Positions 48,738-57,511 of a stretch of 64,000 nt of DNA are shown piece after piece; positions within the stretch are counted from its first letter, which is position 1, and each line of letters begins with the position of its first letter. The notes under the pieces were generated by a model, which saw only the letters and a program-made list of their open reading frames with translations, had not been told where the DNA came from and searched no databases. This stretch comes from an uncultured delta proteobacterium (GTDB lineage Bacteria > Myxococcota_A > UBA9160 > SMWR01), in the NCBI GenBank assembly GCA_963832165.1, contig CAWHTE010000007.1, positions 64,001-128,000 of the forward strand, read 5' to 3'. The translations under genes were made by a program, and so were the position numbers.

Positions 48738-49935
48738 GACCGAAGATGCGCCGCTGCATCGCGTCGGGCAGACCCTCCATCTGCTCGCGCAGCTCGCCGA
48801 CGACGCCCGGGATCTTCGCGTCGGGGTGCGGATAGTCGCTCGCCCAGATGATCCGGTCGGCACCCACGAGCGGGCTCTGCGCGGTGAGCTTGAGCGTGCT
48901 CTCGTCGGGATCGAACGAGATCCAGCACTGGCGCTTGAAGTACTCCGACGGCTTCATCTTGAGCTGCGGCACTTCCCAGCGGAAGATCTCGTAGTGGTGA
49001 TCGAGCCGCTCGAGGATCGGCACGATCCACCCACCGTTCGCCTCGAGGAAGATGCAGCGCAGGCGCGGGAAGCGCTCGAGCACGCCGCCGCAGATCAGCA
49101 TCGTGAGCGCGATCTGCATGTCGAACACGTTGCCGAGCGCCTGGGTGAAGAAGATGTTCTTGTTGCCGTAGGTGCCGTCGGCGATGCTGTCGATGTCGGC
49201 AGTCATCTCCATGATCGACTTCGCGCCGGGCGCGAGGAACTCGTTCAGGCCGAGCTGGCGCACGGCACCGGGCATGTCGGGCATCAGATAGGGATGGAAG
49301 CCGACCGCGAGGTCGAGATCCTGGAGCGCGGCCCACAGCCGGTCGTAGGATCCGTCGCAGAACCATTGGCCTTCCTGGTTCGGGTTCGGGCGCAGGAACA
49401 CCCCGACGTGTCCGAGCTTGCGCGCGTCCTCGACGACGCGGATGCAGCGCTCGATATCGGTCTGCGGCGCGGCCGCGATGCCGAACAGGCGCGTGGGAGC
49501 CTCGTTGCAGTAGTCGGCGACCCAGCGGTTGTACGCGCGCGCCTGGGCCTCGGCGAAATCGAGGTCGGGGCGGCTCGAGATGCCGAGGAACTGCGTCGGA
49601 TAGACGACCGCCTGCTCGATGTCGTCCTGCGCCATCTCGACGAGGCGTCGCGCAGGGTCGAACGCGCCCGAGCGGATGTCCGAATAACGCATCTCGCCCT
49701 TGAGCACGCGCGTGCGCTCTTCCAGCGTCATGCCGCCGGCGCCCGCGAGCGCCATGCGGTTCGCGTACATCTTGAGGTCGTCGTAGTAACACCACTCGAC
49801 GCCCTTCGCGTCGGTCTCGACGTGGAAGCAGCGCTTCTTGTAGCGCTCGGGCATGTAGTCGAGCATCGCCGTGGGGTGCTCGAGGACGTGGCCGTCGGCG
49901 TCGACGATGCGCGGGCGGGGCGAGGACGCGGGCAT
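48697..49935 (-). CDS. Amidohydrolase_2 family protein
   Basis: VDADGHVLE, AYNRW, GFHP, LEANGGW, WASDYPHPD. Confidence 0.9.
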   Translation of the reverse strand: MPASSPRPRIVDADGHVLEHPTAMLDYMPERYKKRCFHVETDAKGVEWCYYDDLKMYANRMALAGAGGMTLEERTRVLKGEMRYSDIRSGAFDPARRLVEMAQDDIEQAVVYPTQFLGISSRPDLDFAEAQARAYNRWVADYCNEAPTRLFGIAAAPQTDIERCIRVVEDARKLGHVGVFLRPNPNQEGQWFCDGSYDRLWAALQDLDLAVGFHPYLMPDMPGAVRQLGLNEFLAPGAKSIMEMTADIDSIADGTYGNKNIFFTQALGNVFDMQIALTMLICGGVLERFPRLRCIFLEANGGWIVPILERLDHHYEIFRWEVPQLKMKPSEYFKRQCWISFDPDESTLKLTAQSPLVGADRIIWASDYPHPDAKIPGVVGELREQMEGLPDAMQRRIFGLNAIDLYGLPEPN

Positions 49936-49979
49936 GGGGGGACCTCCTGGGCGTCGGACACCCGACGACGCTATCCCAT

Positions 49980-50005
49980 TTACATTGCATCTGCAATGGA
50001 AATAG
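49980..50005. promoter_or_regulatory. Palindromic operator-like motif, copy 2
   Basis: TTACATTGCATCTGCAATGGAAATAG with inner palindrome CATTGCA-TC-TGCAATG, in a divergent intergenic gap. Confidence 0.75.
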
Positions 50006-50034
50006 CGTTACCCTCCGTCCCAAAGGAGCGAACC

Positions 50035-51130
50035 ATGGCGAACCCCCAGGAGAGACCGCTGCGCGTGATCCAATGGTCGACCGGGAATGCGGGCAAGAAC
50101 GCGGTGCGCGGCATCGTGCGCCACCCCGACCTCGAGCTCGTGGGACTGCACGCGCACTCGAAGGAGAAGCAGGGCGTCGATGCCGCCGAGCTGTGCGGCC
50201 TGCCGAGCCCGACCGGCGTGCGCGCGACGAACGACGTCGACGCGCTGCTCGCGCTCGACGCCGACTGCGTCTGCTACATGGCGCAGGGCGAGACGCGGAT
50301 CCGCGAGACGATCGACGATCTCACGCGGATTCTGCGATCGGGCAAGAACGTCGTGAACACGTCGCTCGTGTCGCTCTGCTACCCCGTCGTTCTCTCCGAA
50401 GCTGCGCGACGCGCTGCAGAAGGCCTGCGAAGAGGGCGGCACCACCTTCTTCACCTCGGGCTTCGATCCGGGCTGGTCCGGCGACGTGATTCCGCTCGCA
50501 CTCGCGTCGACCTGCGAGCGCGTGGACTCGATCCGCGTCACCGAGTGCATGGACTACTCGACCTACGAAGACCCGGGGTTCACGGGCGTGTTCTTCGGCT
50601 ACGGACGTCCGCTCGACTACGACGCTCCCCTGCTGCGGCCCGGCATGCTCAAGGGCGGCTGGGGCTGCATGGTGCTCATGCTCGCCGATGCGCTCGGCGT
50701 CTCGCTCGACGAGATCCGCGAAGAGCACGAGCGGCTGCCCGCGCCCGAGACGTTCGAGACGCGCATGGGCAAGATCGAGAAAGGCACCTGCGCGGGCGTG
50801 CGCTTCGAGGTGCAGGGGATCGTCGATGGCAAGCCCGCGCTCGTGGCCGCGCACGTGAATCGGCTGCGCCAGGACATCGGGCCCGACTGGGAGCGCCTCT
50901 CGGGCAAGCGCCACTCGGGTTACAAGATCGCCGTGAAGGGCTCGCCGTCGCTCTACTGCGAGATCGAGCCGGTGGGCGAAGACGGCGACCACAACACGGC
51001 GGGGATCCTCGGCACCGCGATGCGCGTGGTGAACGCGATTCCGGCGGTGTGCGCGCATGCGCCCGGCGTCGTCTCGACGCTCGACCTCCCGATCTTCTCG
51101 GCGCGCGGAATCGGGGGCCGCGTGCGCTGA
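50035..51130 (+). CDS. DapB-like / NAD(P)H-dependent amine dehydrogenase family oxidoreductase, frameshift near 50384
   Basis: RVIQWSTGNAG, KQGVDAAELCG, GKNVV, then SGFDPG, TAMRVVNAIPAVCAHAPG..TLDLP in the next frame (extra C in a CCCC run). Confidence 0.85.
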
Positions 51131-51133
51131 GGA

Positions 51134-51238
51134 TCAGTGAAGAGGGAAGAACGCGAAGATCGAACCAACCATGAACAGGCAGACGACCGCGGCCCGGAAG
51201 CCGAGATGAACGATCTCGATCACCTCTATGCGATCCAT
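51134..51238 (-). CDS. Putative 34-aa small membrane protein
   Basis: GGAGG RBS 7 nt before the ATG; MDRIEVIEIVHLGFRAAVVCLFMVGSIFAFFPLH* has one hydrophobic helix. Confidence 0.45.
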   Translation of the reverse strand: MDRIEVIEIVHLGFRAAVVCLFMVGSIFAFFPLH

Positions 51239-51505
51239 GATTCGCCCTCCAATGGGGGCAGTTTCGGCGGTCCCAGGCGCAGTCCCTGTGAAGCCCTTCA
51301 CACGCCCCGAAAGATTTCCAAACGGGGGGTGGAAGCGGCACTCGCCAGCGCGCAAGCGGAGTCCGGGGCGCGCAGCCGAACAGTAGACCGGATCAGCGCA
51401 GAGCGCACGCGTACCCCTGGCCTGGGGACCGGGATTCCCGTGTCAGGACAAGGGGTTCGCCGCTCCTGCTTCGGCTGATCGCCACTCGGTTTCGGAGGGA
51501 TCTCC

Positions 51506-52849
51506 ATGCCCGCCCAGCCCGCTTCCCCGCCCCGCCCCACCCCCGTGAGCGGCGCCGTGCCCGGCCTCGGCCACACCGCCGAGTTCCTCGCCAACCCGGC
51601 GCTGTTCATGCTCCGCGCGTGGCGCGAGTGCGGTGAGCTCGCGGAGTTCGACCTCGGCGGCGTCCGCAACATCCTGATGGTCGGACCCGAGGCACACGAA
51701 GCGGTGTACCGCGCGCCCGAGGATCAGCTCTCCGCGGCCGAGCCCTACAAGTACATGGTCCCGGTGTTCGGCGAGGGGATCCAGTACGGCGCGCCGCTCG
51801 AGATCGAGCGACAACAGGTGAAGTTCCTGACCCACGCGCTGCGCCCCGACAAGATGAAGGGCTATGCGCGCGTGATCGCGCAGGAAGTGGAGGCCTGGAT
51901 CGCGAGCTGGGGCGACGAGGGCGAGCGCGACTTCTACGACGAGTTCAAGGAGCTCGTGCTGCGCACCTCCACGCACTGCCTGATGGGATCCGAGTTCCGC
52001 GCCAAGCTCACCGAGGAGTTCGGTGCGCTGTTCCACGACCTCGAGCAGGCGATCTCTCCGCAGGCGGTGCTCGACGCACACTCGCCCGACGAGGCATTCG
52101 CGAAGCGCGATCGCGCACGTGCGCGCCTGCAGGAGCTCTTGATGGAGTCGGTGCGCGCACGTCGACGCGTGGGTGGCGACCATCCCGACATGCTCGAGGT
52201 GTTCATGAACGCGCGCTACATCGACGGCAGCGCGCTCCCCGACGAGCTGATCCCGGGAATGGTGGTGTGGATCATGTTCGCGGGCTTCCACACGAGCTCG
52301 AACACGGCGAGCTGGACGGCCGTCGAGCTCGCGCGCAATCCGCAGTGGGTTCCTGCGATCGCGCACGAGATCGACACGGTGTACCGGCCCGGGGGCGATC
52401 TCTCGATCGCGGGGCTGCGCGAGCTGCCTGCGCTCGATCGATTCATCGCCGAGGTGCTGCGGCTGCACCCGCCGCTCGTGACGCTGATGCGCACGGTGAT
52501 GCGCGACTTCGAGTACAAGGGGAATGTGTTCCCGGCCGGCACCGTGCTGGCGATCTCGCCCTACGTCTCGCACCGCGTGCCCGAGGTGTTCCCGGATCCC
52601 GAGCGCTTCGACCCCACGCGCCCGGTTCCGAAGAGCGTGTTCGGCGCGATTCCGTTCGGCGGCGGTCGGCGCAAATGCGTCGGCAACGCGTTCGCGCTGC
52701 TCCAGGTGCAGTCGATCTTCTGTGCGCTGCTCGCGCGCTACCAGTTCGAGCCGGTCGACCCGCCCGAGAGCTACCGTGACGTAATGCCTTCGCTGATCCT
52801 GCGGCCGAGCGAGCCGTGCCTGCTGCGCTATCGCCGACGGAGTGCATGA
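51506..52849 (+). CDS. cyp51: Cytochrome P450, CYP51 (sterol 14-alpha-demethylase)-like
   Basis: B-C loop YKYMVPVFGEGIQYGAP, I-helix MFAGFHTSS with the CYP51-type His-Thr pair, EVLRLHPPL, heme motif PFGGGRRKCVG. Confidence 0.85.
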   Translation: MPAQPASPPRPTPVSGAVPGLGHTAEFLANPALFMLRAWRECGELAEFDLGGVRNILMVGPEAHEAVYRAPEDQLSAAEPYKYMVPVFGEGIQYGAPLEIERQQVKFLTHALRPDKMKGYARVIAQEVEAWIASWGDEGERDFYDEFKELVLRTSTHCLMGSEFRAKLTEEFGALFHDLEQAISPQAVLDAHSPDEAFAKRDRARARLQELLMESVRARRRVGGDHPDMLEVFMNARYIDGSALPDELIPGMVVWIMFAGFHTSSNTASWTAVELARNPQWVPAIAHEIDTVYRPGGDLSIAGLRELPALDRFIAEVLRLHPPLVTLMRTVMRDFEYKGNVFPAGTVLAISPYVSHRVPEVFPDPERFDPTRPVPKSVFGAIPFGGGRRKCVGNAFALLQVQSIFCALLARYQFEPVDPPESYRDVMPSLILRPSEPCLLRYRRRSA

Positions 52850-53058
52850 CCATGCGAGTCGTCGTCGACCTCGACCTGTGTCAGGGACACGGCGTCTGCC
52901 AGAGCGAGGCGCCCGAGATCTTCCGCGTCGTCGATCGCCCGGGCGAGTACGCGCGCGTGGAGGTGATCCTCGAGCGGCCGCCCGAAGAGCTGCGCGTGCC
53001 GGCACAAGCCGCTGCGCGCTACTGCCCGAGCCGCGTGATCACGATCGTCGAGGACTGA
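52846..53058 (+). CDS. Ferredoxin (3Fe-4S, P450-associated)
   Basis: DLDLCQGHGVC...APEIF...CP; ATGA overlap with the P450 stop. Confidence 0.92.
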   Translation: MTMRVVVDLDLCQGHGVCQSEAPEIFRVVDRPGEYARVEVILERPPEELRVPAQAAARYCPSRVITIVED

Positions 53059-53065
53059 GGCGGCG

Positions 53066-53905
53066 TTGGCGCACGGCGAATCCGCGTGGTTCTCGCACAA
53101 TCCCGACAAGGCTTGGGCAGAGAAGCTCTTCCTGACCTTCATCCCCGTGTTCGTGATCTACAACGCGGTGATGCAGCAGATGGGCTGGCTCGACGCGGGC
53201 ACCTTCTGGCACGTGGTCCAGAACGCAGCGATGTGGCTGCCCTACTGCGTGCTGTTGCCCGCGTGGCTGCGGCGGAACAGCGATGTGCCGTGGACCAGCA
53301 GCTACTGGTTCAAGCTGAACGTGTACATGGCAGTCTGGGTGTTCTTCGCCACCTACTACCACACCGAGTACTTCTTCGAGCTGCTCGGCCTTCGCTACCG
53401 CTTCCCCGCCGTGCACGCCTACTTCGATTCGGCGCTGATCGGACCCGACGAGGCGACCGCCGCAGCTGAGTGGAAGAAGGTGCCCGTGGGCATGTATCTC
53501 AACTCGGTGGCGTTCTTCCTCGTCTACCACAGCGCCGCGGTCGTGTGCATGCGGCGCGTGCGGCGCTTCACGCTTCCCTGGAGCGCGGCGGCGCGACGCG
53601 CGGGCTGGGTCGCGATCGTCACCGCGACGGCGCTCTTCTTCGCGTGGGCGGAGACCTACCTCTACATCACCGACGATGCCGCCGCGAACGTCTGGTACGT
53701 CGATGTGAACGCGATGCTGCGCTTCGGCTCGTTCTTCTACGCGATGTACTTCATCGTGAGCTTCCCGAACGTATTCCGGCTCGACGAGGATCCGGGCGCG
53801 CCGCGTTGGACCCTCTCGCGCACGGTGATCGAGGCCTGCTTCGTCGCGATCGTGAGCATGACGCTGCTCGACTTCTGGGCGAGCTGGATCGGCCCGATCG
53901 CATGA
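53066..53905 (+). CDS. Cycloeucalenol cycloisomerase (cyclopropylsterol isomerase, CPI1)-like membrane protein
   Basis: 279-aa polytopic protein. WFSHNPDKAWAEKLFL, YWFKLN, TEYFFELLG..Y.FP, FYAMYFIVSFP..FRLDE and LLDFW...IGPI match recalled plant CPI1 motifs colinearly. Confidence 0.82.
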   Translation: MAHGESAWFSHNPDKAWAEKLFLTFIPVFVIYNAVMQQMGWLDAGTFWHVVQNAAMWLPYCVLLPAWLRRNSDVPWTSSYWFKLNVYMAVWVFFATYYHTEYFFELLGLRYRFPAVHAYFDSALIGPDEATAAAEWKKVPVGMYLNSVAFFLVYHSAAVVCMRRVRRFTLPWSAAARRAGWVAIVTATALFFAWAETYLYITDDAAANVWYVDVNAMLRFGSFFYAMYFIVSFPNVFRLDEDPGAPRWTLSRTVIEACFVAIVSMTLLDFWASWIGPIA

Positions 53906-54924
53906 GGGTGCTCGTGACCGGCGCAACCGGGATGATCGGCTGCCACGCGGCGGCGGCGCTCGCCCGCGCGGGACACGAGGTGCGCGCGCTCGTGCGCGAT
54001 CCGCACAAGCTCGACCGCGTGATGGCTCCGTTCGGACTCGCGGGCGCGATCGAAGCGCGCTCGGGAGACGTCACCGACCCGGCGTCGGTTGGCGAGGCGC
54101 TGCGCGGCTGCGACGCTCTGATCCACAGCGCAGGACTGTTCTCGCACGCGCTCTCCGACGCGGCGCTGCTCCAGGCCGTGAACATGCGCGGCACCGAGAC
54201 CGTGCTGAGCGCGGGCTGCAAGGCGGGCCTCGCGCGGATCGTGTTCGTGTCGAGCGCGCTCGCGCTGTTTCCGCCGCCGGGTCCACTGATGCGCGCGTCC
54301 GACGCGGTGGCGAGCCCGGCGACGATGTACTCGGCGTGCAAGGCGGAGGCCGAGCGCTGCGCGCGCGCTCTCCAGGACGGCGGAGCACCGATCGTCACCG
54401 TCTATCCATTCTCGGTGCTCGGCCCGAACGATCCGACCGTCGGCAGCGGCCCGGGCGTGCTCGCGATGGGTCTGCGCGCGGGACACGTCCTCGTTACCGA
54501 GGGCGGGCTCGCCCACACCGACGTACGAGACCTCGCCGACCTGTTCGCCGCGCTCGTCGCCGCCGCCGACCCGCCCCCGCGCGTGATGGCGACCGCGGCG
54601 TTCGTCGCGCACGAGCGCTACTTCGAGCTGCTCGCGCAGCTGACCGGCCGCAGCGACCTCGTGGCCCAGCGCATCCCCGGCCGCGTGCTGCGCGCGCTCG
54701 GCCGCGCCGGAGATCTCGCGCAGCGCTGGCTCGGCCGCTCCCCGCAGCTCACCGGGGAGGCCGCCCAGATCCTCACGCGCAGCGTCCCGGTCGACGATCG
54801 CGAGGCACGCGCGCTGCTCGGCCGCGCGCCGACGGCGATCGAGGACTCACTGCGCGACACGATCGCCTGGATGGCCGCGACCGGCGTGATCCCGCCGCGC
54901 TGCGCCGGGCGCCTTTCCGTCTAG
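53902..54924 (+). CDS. NAD-dependent epimerase/dehydratase (extended SDR, 3-beta-HSD/DFR-like)
   Basis: VLVTGATGMIG, HSAG, VSS, YSACK; ATGA overlap with the CPI-like stop. Confidence 0.85.
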   Translation: MRVLVTGATGMIGCHAAAALARAGHEVRALVRDPHKLDRVMAPFGLAGAIEARSGDVTDPASVGEALRGCDALIHSAGLFSHALSDAALLQAVNMRGTETVLSAGCKAGLARIVFVSSALALFPPPGPLMRASDAVASPATMYSACKAEAERCARALQDGGAPIVTVYPFSVLGPNDPTVGSGPGVLAMGLRAGHVLVTEGGLAHTDVRDLADLFAALVAAADPPPRVMATAAFVAHERYFELLAQLTGRSDLVAQRIPGRVLRALGRAGDLAQRWLGRSPQLTGEAAQILTRSVPVDDREARALLGRAPTAIEDSLRDTIAWMAATGVIPPRCAGRLSV

Positions 54925-55042
54925 CATCGGTCCTGCGGAATCGCGCTGCCCGCGGCTGGTGTCGTGTCCCAGGACATGGCGCGGATCTACCAGGTGAAGG
55001 ACGCGGCGCGCCGCTAGCGGCGGCAGCGTCTAGACTCTCGCG

Positions 55043-56662
55043 ATGCACTTCCCCGATCTCTCCGATCCGCGCGACCGCACGCTGCATGGCGTGCTGCGCC
55101 GCCAGGCCGAGGCGAACCCCAACGCTACCTACCTGCACGTCGACGACGAGCGGATCTCCTACGCGGAGGTGCTCGCGCGCTCGAACGCGTGGGCTGCGGC
55201 GCTGCGCGAGCTCGGCGTCGCGCGCGGCGATTCGGTCGCGTTCCTGCTCAAGAGCAGCCCCGATTTCGTGTACGCGACCTTCGGCTGCCTCCAGCTCGGT
55301 GCGATCTGGATTCCCGTGAACGTCGACTATCGCGGCGCATGGCTGCGCGCGACGCTCGAGGACGCCGCCGCGCGCGTGCTCGTCGTCGACGCAGAGCTGG
55401 TGCCGCGCGTGGCGGAGGTCGCCACGGGCCTGCTCTTCGAGCGCGCGATCGTGCTCGGCGACGCGAGCGCGCGCAGCGCGCTGCCGTGGCCCGCGATCTC
55501 CGCCTCGGACATCGCGAGACGGGTCGGCAAGGTCGCGGCGCCGGAAGATCCCGGCACGGGCCCCGGCGACACCGCGTGCGTGCTCTGGACGTCGGGCACC
55601 ACGGGGCGCTCGAAGGGCGTGATGCAGAGCCACAACGTGTGGATCCGCGCCGCGCTCTCGGGGGCGCAGAACTCCGGGATTCGCGACGGAGACGTGCTCT
55701 ACGGCTGTCTGCCCATGTACAACTCGGCGGCCTGGGTGGCGCACGTGTACCGCGCGCTCGTGGCCGGGATTCCGGTCGGACTCGATCCGGCCTTCTCCGT
55801 GCAGACGTTCTGGGACCGCATCCGACACTACGGCGCGACGCAGATCTTCACGCTCGGCACCATGCACATCTACCTGTGGCAGGCGCCCGAACGCGCCGAC
55901 GACGCGCAGAACCCGGTGCGCCACGCAGGCTGCATTCCGATGCCCGATCAGCTCATCGACCCGTTCAAGAAGCGCTTCGGGATCGAGTCGCTCGACCAGG
56001 GCTACGGCCAGAGCGAGGTGCTCGGCTTGCTGCACCGCTACGACACGCTGCCGAGGAAGCCCGGCTCGCTCGGCCAGCCGCTACCGGGTCTCGAAGTGGC
56101 CCTGCTCGACGACGACGATCGGACCGTCGCGCCCGGTGGGGTGGGCGAGTTCTGCGTTCGGCCGACCGAGCCGAACACGATCTTCTCCGGCTATTGGAAC
56201 AACCCAGAGGCGACGGTCGCTGCGTGGCGCAACCTCTGGTACCACACGGGCGATCTCGGCCGGCGCGACGAGGATGGCGACTGGTTCTTCGTCGACCGCA
56301 AGAAGGACTACATCCGCCACAAGGGCCGCAACATGTCCTCGTTCGAGGTGGAGCGGACGTTCGCGGCGCACCCTGCCGTGTCGGAGGCTGCGGCGATCGG
56401 CATTCCCGACCCGAACCTCCCGAGCGAGGCCGAGCTCATGGTGTTCGTGAAGCTCAAGGAAGGAGCAAGCGTGACGCCGGCCGAGCTCGCGCGCTTCGTG
56501 AACGACAATGCACCCTACTTCTTCGTACCGCGCTATCTCGAGATCGCCGACGATCTGCCGCACACGCCGACCGGCCGCGTGCAGAAGTTCGCGCTGCGCG
56601 AGCGCGGCGTCGGGCCTGCGACGTGGGATCGCGTGGCCGCCGGATTCGAAGTGACGCGATGA
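55043..56662 (+). CDS. ATP-dependent acyl-CoA ligase (CaiC/crotonobetaine-CoA ligase-like)
   Basis: WTSGTTGRSKG, GYGQSE, WRNLWYHTGDLG, VDRKKDYIR, TPTGRVQK. Confidence 0.9.
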   Translation: MHFPDLSDPRDRTLHGVLRRQAEANPNATYLHVDDERISYAEVLARSNAWAAALRELGVARGDSVAFLLKSSPDFVYATFGCLQLGAIWIPVNVDYRGAWLRATLEDAAARVLVVDAELVPRVAEVATGLLFERAIVLGDASARSALPWPAISASDIARRVGKVAAPEDPGTGPGDTACVLWTSGTTGRSKGVMQSHNVWIRAALSGAQNSGIRDGDVLYGCLPMYNSAAWVAHVYRALVAGIPVGLDPAFSVQTFWDRIRHYGATQIFTLGTMHIYLWQAPERADDAQNPVRHAGCIPMPDQLIDPFKKRFGIESLDQGYGQSEVLGLLHRYDTLPRKPGSLGQPLPGLEVALLDDDDRTVAPGGVGEFCVRPTEPNTIFSGYWNNPEATVAAWRNLWYHTGDLGRRDEDGDWFFVDRKKDYIRHKGRNMSSFEVERTFAAHPAVSEAAAIGIPDPNLPSEAELMVFVKLKEGASVTPAELARFVNDNAPYFFVPRYLEIADDLPHTPTGRVQKFALRERGVGPATWDRVAAGFEVTR

Positions 56663-57510
56663 AGGAGCTCTTGCGCTGGCAGGTCGGCGACGTGCGGATC
56701 ACGCGCGTGCAGGAGCTCGAGGCACCCGACATCCGTTTCGTGCTCCGCGATGCGACGGTCGAGAACCTCGCCGAGATCGACTGGCTCGGACCGTTCCTGG
56801 CGCCGGGCGGCCATGCGCTCGCGTCGGTGCACACGCTGATCCTCGAGGTCGGCGAGCGGCGGATCGCCGTGGACACCTGCATCGGCAACGACAAGCCGCG
56901 CCCGATCCCGGCCTGGAGCATGCTCGAAGGCCCGTTCCTCGAGGATCTCGACAAGGCGGGCTTTGCACCGCCGTCGATCGACACGGTGATCTGCACACAT
57001 CTCCACATCGATCACGTGGGCTGGAACACGCGGCTCGTCGACGACCGGTGGGTTCCGACGTTCCCGAATGCGCGCTATCTGCTCGCGCGGTCCGAGTGGG
57101 AGCATTGGTCGGCCGACGCCAATCCGATCAACCAGACCGTGCTCGGCGATTCCGTGCGCCCGATCTTCGATGCGGGGCTCGTCGATCTCGTCGAGACGGA
57201 TCACGCGGTCGACGCCGCGGTGAGCCTCGAGCCGACGCCGGGACACACGCCCGGACACGTGTCGGTGCACGTGCGATCGCGCGGCGAGGAGGCCGTGATC
57301 ACCGGCGACCTCGTGCACCATCCCGCGCAGTTCGCGAGGCCGCACTGGGGCGCGCAGGTGGACTGGGACCGCGCACAGGCCGACCGCACGCGGCGCGAGT
57401 TCATGGCGCGTTATGCGGATACACCCGTGCTCGTGATCGGAACGCACTTCGCGGGGCCCACCGCGGGACGCCTCGTGCGCGACGGCGACGCGTACCGGCT
57501 CGACGTGTAG
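56659..57510 (+). CDS. Metallo-beta-lactamase fold hydrolase
   Basis: THLHIDHVGWN, PGHTPGH, TGDLVHH, GTHF. Confidence 0.9.
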   Translation: MKELLRWQVGDVRITRVQELEAPDIRFVLRDATVENLAEIDWLGPFLAPGGHALASVHTLILEVGERRIAVDTCIGNDKPRPIPAWSMLEGPFLEDLDKAGFAPPSIDTVICTHLHIDHVGWNTRLVDDRWVPTFPNARYLLARSEWEHWSADANPINQTVLGDSVRPIFDAGLVDLVETDHAVDAAVSLEPTPGHTPGHVSVHVRSRGEEAVITGDLVHHPAQFARPHWGAQVDWDRAQADRTRREFMARYADTPVLVIGTHFAGPTAGRLVRDGDAYRLDV

Positions 57511-57511
57511 G

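Noticed and set aside
51240..51500. ncRNA in the cyp51 upstream region
   Set aside because: No recognisable RNA family motif, and no copy of the 26-bp operator was found here.
51506..54924. Claim of complete de novo sterol biosynthesis
   Set aside because: No squalene synthase, squalene epoxidase, oxidosqualene cyclase or sterol reductases are in the window, so only the modification steps are supported.
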